This document shows, piece by piece, positions 44,887-50,097 of a stretch of 50,097 nucleotides of DNA (positions are counted from its first letter, which is position 1; each line of letters starts with the position of its first letter). The notes beneath the pieces were generated by a model that did not search any database, was not told where the DNA came from, and worked only from the letters and a program-made list of their open reading frames with translations. Location of the stretch: assembly GCA_949284545.1 (NCBI GenBank), contig CASDVX010000099.1:1-50097 (forward strand), in the 5' to 3' direction. The position numbers were made by a program, and so were the translations under genes. The DNA is from an uncultured Eubacteriales bacterium (GTDB taxonomy: Bacteria; Bacillota; Clostridia; Oscillospirales; CAJFTT01).

Positions 44887-46518
44887 TCAGGAGTTGAGGT
44901 AGCGTTCCCATGCGGAGCGGTAAGTCATTATCTGTTCCTGAAGTCCCATGCTGTTCATATTTTCAACGAACGCATCCCATCTGGTACCGGTCACACCCTG
45001 ACCGTCGGTGATCATTCCGCGAAGCTCGCCGGTCTGGGTCATCCAAAAGTTGCCAAACGTACTCATGAGTTCAGCCTCGGCACTGGTGAAAGCAAGGCTC
45101 GTGCTGCGGATGATGTTGTTCTCGTTGGTAGCCTGAGACCAGGTCTCGATAGCCGCAATAGCTTCGTCGGAATACACGAGGTCAATGAGGACGTCGCGAT
45201 CAGCGTACATGTTGCCGAGATAGAGATACTGGTTCACGCCGTAAAGATATCCGTTAGGATGATTTACGATCTTATCGGTGAAAGTGATGTTACCGTCGCC
45301 GTCGACAGTGTAATCCTCGCCCTCGATACCGTAAGAGGCTCTCATGTAGGATTCCTCGGAGAAGAGCTGGTCTATCCACTTTGCGGCAAGAGCCGGAGAT
45401 TCGTAGCTCTGGCAGATGTAAATGCAGTTTATCTCCCTGTTGCCCACGGGCATATAGTCGTTGCGGATCTTGATCTGATCGCCCTCGTTGAGCACGGGAT
45501 ACGGAGCGGCAACAAGCTCATAGTTGGCATTTACCGCGTCGGTGGATTTAAGGGAAATTATATCCGTCACGCTGCCGCCCCAGGCGCCGACGGAATCACT
45601 GAGCTTATCGGTGCGGGTGATGTTCACGCCGGTGGCCACAAGCCCCTCGGAATACCAGCGCTGCATCATTTCGACGTACTGCCTTGTGCCTTCCTCAGTG
45701 GCGCCGTAGTGAAGAAGTCCGTCCTCTTCATTTATGTACCATTCATAGGACTGACCGTAGCAGGTGATAAATGCATTGTTCACGCAGGTAGGAGCAAGGA
45801 GCATATCGCCGAGCCAGAAGGGATGCTCGACCCCGAGGCTTACCTTGAATGCCGTAAGCGTATTGTACCAGTCGTCTACGGTCACGGGAACGTCCATCTG
45901 AAGCTCATCAAGGAAGTCCTTGCGGATAACGAGACCTTCCTGAGCAGGAGTGTTCTGGTTCCTGTCCTCCACGCCGGTCACCATGGGTATGTACATGATG
46001 TTCTGATACGGGGTGATGGTCAGCTTGTCGATTTCCGCATACTGCTCGCGGAGAGCGTTGAAGTTGGGCATCTGCACCTCTACATACTCGGTGAGCTCAT
46101 AGTAGAGCTCCTCCTCAGAGGCGGAGTCGATGGTGGAGCCCTCAAGGTCGGGGACGAACCAGAAGTGCGACACCATATCGGTGGTGGTTCCGGAGGTGAT
46201 GCGGTTCATCCACTCGTCTCTGAGGTGGGATATGTCAACGACATCCACGGACGGGACCACAAACTCGATGTTGATGTTTGTTTCTTCCTTGAGATGCTTG
46301 AAGAAGGGGTGATCTGCGTACGACTGGTACTCGGGCATATAGGTATTGTCAAAGCAGATCCAGTAACTGATCGTTTCTTCCTTCTCGAGCGGCAGCTGTA
46401 TAGGCTCGTTAGGGTAAACACGCTCTTCGTTGCACGAGGTCAAAAGAGCCATGGCAACGACCAGCATAGCAGCCGCAGCAAATGAAAAAACGCGCGCTAA
46501 GGTTTTCTTGGCTGACAT
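44887..46518 (-). CDS. Extracellular solute-binding lipoprotein (family 1, LplA-like)
   Basis: Lipobox LLTSC; LKEETNINIEF, IRKDFLDELQMDVPVTVDDWYNTLTAFK, YGIEGEDY, WDAFVENM..MGL. Confidence 0.88.
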   Translation of the reverse strand: MSAKKTLARVFSFAAAAMLVVAMALLTSCNEERVYPNEPIQLPLEKEETISYWICFDNTYMPEYQSYADHPFFKHLKEETNINIEFVVPSVDVVDISHLRDEWMNRITSGTTTDMVSHFWFVPDLEGSTIDSASEEELYYELTEYVEVQMPNFNALREQYAEIDKLTITPYQNIMYIPMVTGVEDRNQNTPAQEGLVIRKDFLDELQMDVPVTVDDWYNTLTAFKVSLGVEHPFWLGDMLLAPTCVNNAFITCYGQSYEWYINEEDGLLHYGATEEGTRQYVEMMQRWYSEGLVATGVNITRTDKLSDSVGAWGGSVTDIISLKSTDAVNANYELVAAPYPVLNEGDQIKIRNDYMPVGNREINCIYICQSYESPALAAKWIDQLFSEESYMRASYGIEGEDYTVDGDGNITFTDKIVNHPNGYLYGVNQYLYLGNMYADRDVLIDLVYSDEAIAAIETWSQATNENNIIRSTSLAFTSAEAELMSTFGNFWMTQTGELRGMITDGQGVTGTRWDAFVENMNSMGLQEQIMTYRSAWERYLNS

Positions 46519-46591
46519 AATTTTCCTCCTTGATTAAATTTTCTGCCGAACCTGCAAATTGCAACTCCGGCATTCTATAACTTACGCTGTG

Positions 46592-46620
46592 ATTCTACAA
46601 CCAAAATCAATTTTAGTCAA
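46592..46620 (-). promoter_or_regulatory. Sigma-A promoter of the solute-binding protein gene
   Basis: Minus strand TTGACT-N17-TAGAAT. Confidence 0.7.
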
Positions 46621-46718
46621 CGAGTTTGATTTGATTTTCGCCATTTGGAAATATTTTTCGGCACTATGCTTAAAAAACAGGTAATTCTTTGTGCAAAATA
46701 CCGCATATGCCGGCACTT

Positions 46719-47903
46719 TTACTTGCATTCCATGCCGCCTGAGAGATCCTTTTCGACCTTGATCACGGCAAACCAGGTGGGATCGATGTTCCTGACAGCT
46801 TCTTTAACCAGAAGTTCCACCTCCTCGTCGGAACGGGAATTGGAAAAAGGAACGACGACATCAAAAATAAGATTCGAGTGGGTAGGCCCGGATACCATAC
46901 GGAAATCGTGCATGGAAAGAGACGGATCTATTGCGTGCAGAGCTTCCGCCGTGCGTCTTTTGGCATCGTTGACGGTTTCGTCGTCGGTAACGACGGGATC
47001 CATGTGTATCACGGCCTCGCAGCCCATGGTGCGCCGTATCTCGCCTTCCATTGTATCTATAGCGTCGTGCAGCTCAAAAATATCCTTGTTTCCGGGCACT
47101 TCCACGTGGAGAGAAATCATCATCCTTCCGGGACCGTAATCGTGTATTACCATATCGTGTATGCCCACGGCCTCCGGGTGCGCCGACACTATAGCCTTCA
47201 CCTGGGAGATAAGTTCCGCCGAAGGCGGCTGACCCAGCAGCAGACTTACTGTTTCGCGTATGGAGGAGATGCCGGCGAAAATTATAAGCAGGCTTACCGC
47301 CGCTCCGGCCCAGCCGTCTATGTTTATGTGAAAAACGGCGGAAATTATGAGAGCTGCCAGGACCGCGGAAGTGGCGGCGGCATCGGAGAGACTGTCCGTA
47401 GCCGTCGCACGCATTGCGGCGGAATCTATTTTCTTGCCTATGCGCCTGTTGTAGAAACACATGTAAAGTTTTACGAGGATCGATGCGGCGAGGATCACAA
47501 CAGACAGCACCGAAAAATCCGCACTTCCTCCGTCAATGATCTTTTCAATCGAGGACATCGCAAGCTCAAACCCCATGGTTATTATGGCCACGGAAACTAT
47601 CAGGGCGGATATGTATTCCATACGCCCGTGGCCGAACGGATGTCCGGGGTCCGGCTTTTTTTCACCGAGCCGGAATCCCACAAGGGTGACTATTGAAGAG
47701 CCGGCGTCGGAGAGATTGTTGAAAGCATCGGCGGTCACCGCTATTGAGCCGGTTATGAACCCGGCTGCCGCCTTTCCGCAGAAAAGCAGAAAGTTCAGGC
47801 AGATGCCGATTATACCGCACAGGGTTCCCCATGCGCTGCGGGTGGATGCGTCCCGCACGTTGTCCGGGTCGCGTATGAACTTTTTTGCAAGAAGAGAGAG
47901 CAT
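46719..47903 (-). CDS. Cation diffusion facilitator (CDF) family transporter
   Basis: SIAVTADAFNNLSD, KPDPGHPFGHGRMEY, DSLSD, HDMVIHDYGPG. Confidence 0.93.
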   Translation of the reverse strand: MLSLLAKKFIRDPDNVRDASTRSAWGTLCGIIGICLNFLLFCGKAAAGFITGSIAVTADAFNNLSDAGSSIVTLVGFRLGEKKPDPGHPFGHGRMEYISALIVSVAIITMGFELAMSSIEKIIDGGSADFSVLSVVILAASILVKLYMCFYNRRIGKKIDSAAMRATATDSLSDAAATSAVLAALIISAVFHINIDGWAGAAVSLLIIFAGISSIRETVSLLLGQPPSAELISQVKAIVSAHPEAVGIHDMVIHDYGPGRMMISLHVEVPGNKDIFELHDAIDTMEGEIRRTMGCEAVIHMDPVVTDDETVNDAKRRTAEALHAIDPSLSMHDFRMVSGPTHSNLIFDVVVPFSNSRSDEEVELLVKEAVRNIDPTWFAVIKVEKDLSGGMECK

Positions 47904-48049
47904 TCTCCATCTAACCTTTCCGTCTGAATGGATTCGGGCCGAGTTTATGCCCGCGGCCGTCCTCGGCAAAATCGGCATCCCTCGGCCTGTCGTAAGGCTG
48001 ACGGACCGATACACCCGCCGCGCGGGGCACGGGACTTGCGAACCATACC

Positions 48050-48078
48050 ATTATAAGATAAAAAAACAGAGATTTCAA
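48050..48078 (-). promoter_or_regulatory. Sigma-A promoter of the CDF gene
   Basis: Minus strand TTGAAA-N17-TATAAT. Confidence 0.75.
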
Positions 48079-48125
48079 CAGTCAGTCGACCTGCCGTGCA
48101 GCAATAATTTTTAATAAAATCATGC

Positions 48126-48154
48126 TTCCCATCATGCGCATACTCTGTTATAAT
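48126..48154 (+). promoter_or_regulatory. Extended -10 promoter of MATE-rimM
   Basis: TTCCCA-N17-TATAAT with TG extension; divergent from the CDF promoter. Confidence 0.6.
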
Positions 48155-48216
48155 ATCAAGAAAAGTTTTCGCGCAACGACAAATTCCGCAAGGTCACGGA
48201 AAGGCGATATGACAAA

Positions 48217-49655
48217 ATGGTCAAAAGCATGACGGAGGGCAGCCCGTCGAGACATATACTTAGCTTTACCGCTCCGCTGCTGCCGGGAAATCTCTTCCAG
48301 CAGTTTTATAACATTGCAGATACCGCCATAGTGGGCAAGTTTCTCGGGAAACAGGAGCTTGCTGCCGTGGGGGCGACGGGCAGCCCGATGTTTTTGATGC
48401 TTGGCTTCGTCATGGGGATATGCACCGGGTTCGGCATAGTGGTTTCCGGATATTTCGGTGCCGGGGACGAAAAAGTCTGAGAAGGTCGGTTGTCAACATC
48501 ATATATCTCGCCGGATTTGCGGCGGTGGCGCTGACGGTATTTTCGTCGCTGGCCACAGGCTGGCTGCTTGAGATTATGGGCACCCCGTCGGACATATCTG
48601 ATTTTGCATACGACTATATACACGTAATATTCACCTACGGTATCATATCGTCGATGTTCTACAATGTGCTTGCCAACGTCCTGAGGGCGTTGGGCGACAG
48701 CAAGACTCCGCTGTATTTTCTTATAATAGCGTCGGTATGTAATGTGGTGCTGGACCTCTTTTTTATACTTGTGTGCGGCATGGGAGTTGAGGGAGCGGCG
48801 GTGGCTACCGTCCTTTCCCAGTTTATCTCCGGCGGACTGTGCATCGTATATATGATAAAAAAGTTCCCGATACTGCGCCTCACGCGGGAGGATATGCCCT
48901 TTTCCGGGAGCATGTCGGTACGGCTTGTGGGTCAAGGCCTTCCTATGGCGCTTCAATTTTCCATAACCGCTGTAGGATCGGTCATACTTCAGTCTGCGGT
49001 GAATTCCCTGGGGAGCGACGCGGTTGCGGCGGTGACCGCGGCCAATAAGGTTCAGCTTTTTGTTTCCCAGCCGATGGAATCAATAGGCATAACCATGGCG
49101 ACCTACTGTGGGCAGAACCTGGGCGCAGGGCGCGCCGAAAGGATAAGGCGCGGCGTGCTGAGCGGCTGCGTAATAGAGCTGTGTTACGTCGTCATGGCGT
49201 TTTTCCTCATCTATTTCGGAAGCGGCGCGGCGGTGCTGTTGTTTCTCAAGTCGGACGAGACCGCGGTGATCGCCGATGCGGTGAGATTTCTCCGCACCTG
49301 TGCGTTTTTCTATCCTGTTCTCGGCCTCATATTCGTCCTGCGAAATTCGGTCCAGGGACTCGGATACGGCGTGCCGGCCATGGCGGCGGGACTGTTTGAG
49401 CTTGCGGCGCGCGCCTGCGTTGCGCTGGTGTTCGTGGGGAAATTCGGTTACGCCGCCATATGTTATTCCGGGCCTGCGGCATGGGTGGCGGCGGACGTGC
49501 TTCTGATACCCATGCTTTTCGTCACGCTCAGGCTTGTGAGAAAGCATCTTGATAAGGACCGCAGCCAACAGTCCCCGGCGGCGTACGGGCAGACAGGTGC
49601 AGGCGGCGGAGATATATGCGGTGCGGGAGGAGACGCGTGTGAAGGAATATCTTGA
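48217..49655 (+). pseudogene. MATE family efflux transporter split by a 1-nt frameshift in an A5 run (48470-48474)
   Basis: ORF 48217..48480 has MTEG, GNLFQQFYNIADT.IVG; ORF 48420..49655 has LRALGDSKTPL, GAAVATVLSQ, GQNLGA; one extra A gives GDEKSLRR and joins them. Confidence 0.85.
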
Positions 49656-50097
49656 AATAGGCAGAATAACTTCGCCCCACGGGGTCAGGGGAGAGGTGAA
49701 AACGGAGGTATGGGCGGATTCGCCCGAATCGCTGACCGGGGTGAAGACCGTGTACATGGGTTCGGACGGAAGCGGCCCGGCGGAGGTGGAATGCGTCCGC
49801 CCGCACGGGGGCAGACTTCTGATAAAGCTGAAAGGGGTGGACGATGCGGACGCGGCGAACGCCCTCAGAGGGAAGGTACTTTACGCACACCGGGACAGTA
49901 TCCGCATACCTCCCGGCAGCTGTTTCATAGAGGATATTAAAGAACTGAGGGCCATAGACGCCGATACCGGCAGGGATTACGGAAAAGTCTCGGACGTCAT
50001 ATCCACCGGGGCCAACGACGTATATGTGCTCAGAGACGATACCGGCAGGGAAAGGCTCATACCGGCCATATCCCAGGTGGTGTTGGAAAAGGACTTT
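49639..50097 (+). CDS. rimM: Ribosome maturation factor RimM (runs off the window end)
   Basis: GTG start after GGAGGA; EYLEIGRITSPHGVRGEVK, GVDD..AANALRG, GKVSDVISTGANDVYV, LIPAI. Confidence 0.93.
   Translation, partial: MKEYLEIGRITSPHGVRGEVKTEVWADSPESLTGVKTVYMGSDGSGPAEVECVRPHGGRLLIKLKGVDDADAANALRGKVLYAHRDSIRIPPGSCFIEDIKELRAIDADTGRDYGKVSDVISTGANDVYVLRDDTGRERLIPAISQVVLEKDF

Noticed and set aside
44818-46485. 555-aa plus-strand ORF antisense to the solute-binding protein
   Set aside because: Shadow ORF expected from the strong codon bias of the real gene; no motifs and no RBS

Overview
About 50 kb of chromosome from a GC-rich, spore-forming clostridial bacterium; the gene content resembles Oscillospiraceae/Ruminococcaceae (my inference). 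In order: (1) 1-7.2 kb accessory and sporulation-type genes: a TetR cluster, a vWA protein, a tocopherol-cyclase-family protein, a frameshifted YhfW-like FAD/Rieske oxidoreductase, a cupin and an XRE regulator. (2) A complete minus-strand histidine operon, hisR(yerC)-hisZGDCBHAF-IE-K, with a palindromic operator inside its promoter. (3) A two-gene CotF-like spore pair. (4) A long plus-strand run: cysteine desulfurase, thiI, a CinA/PncC-class B sortase-Ig fusion, an Ig/(SGGTS)n/SpoIID lipoprotein, tsaD, ruvX, mscS, a cyclophilin, pth and mfd. (5) apbE, NusG-II, Gx transporter, rnfCDGEAB and a degenerate GDPD. (6) An aldo-keto reductase, SRP RNA and dnaX. (7) A 49-unit hexamer array encoding a possible (Cys-X)n protein, a P-loop kinase, an orphan solute-binding lipoprotein, a CDF transporter, a frameshifted MATE and a partial rimM. 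I found no mobile element, CRISPR array, tRNA or rRNA. The best leads are the CinA-sortase fusion with its SpoIID neighbour, candidate -1 frameshift signals in dnaX and at the CinA/sortase junction, the Cys-X array, and a recurring pattern of A:T->G:C transitions in repeats and decaying genes. All calls come from reading motifs by eye; no database searches were run.
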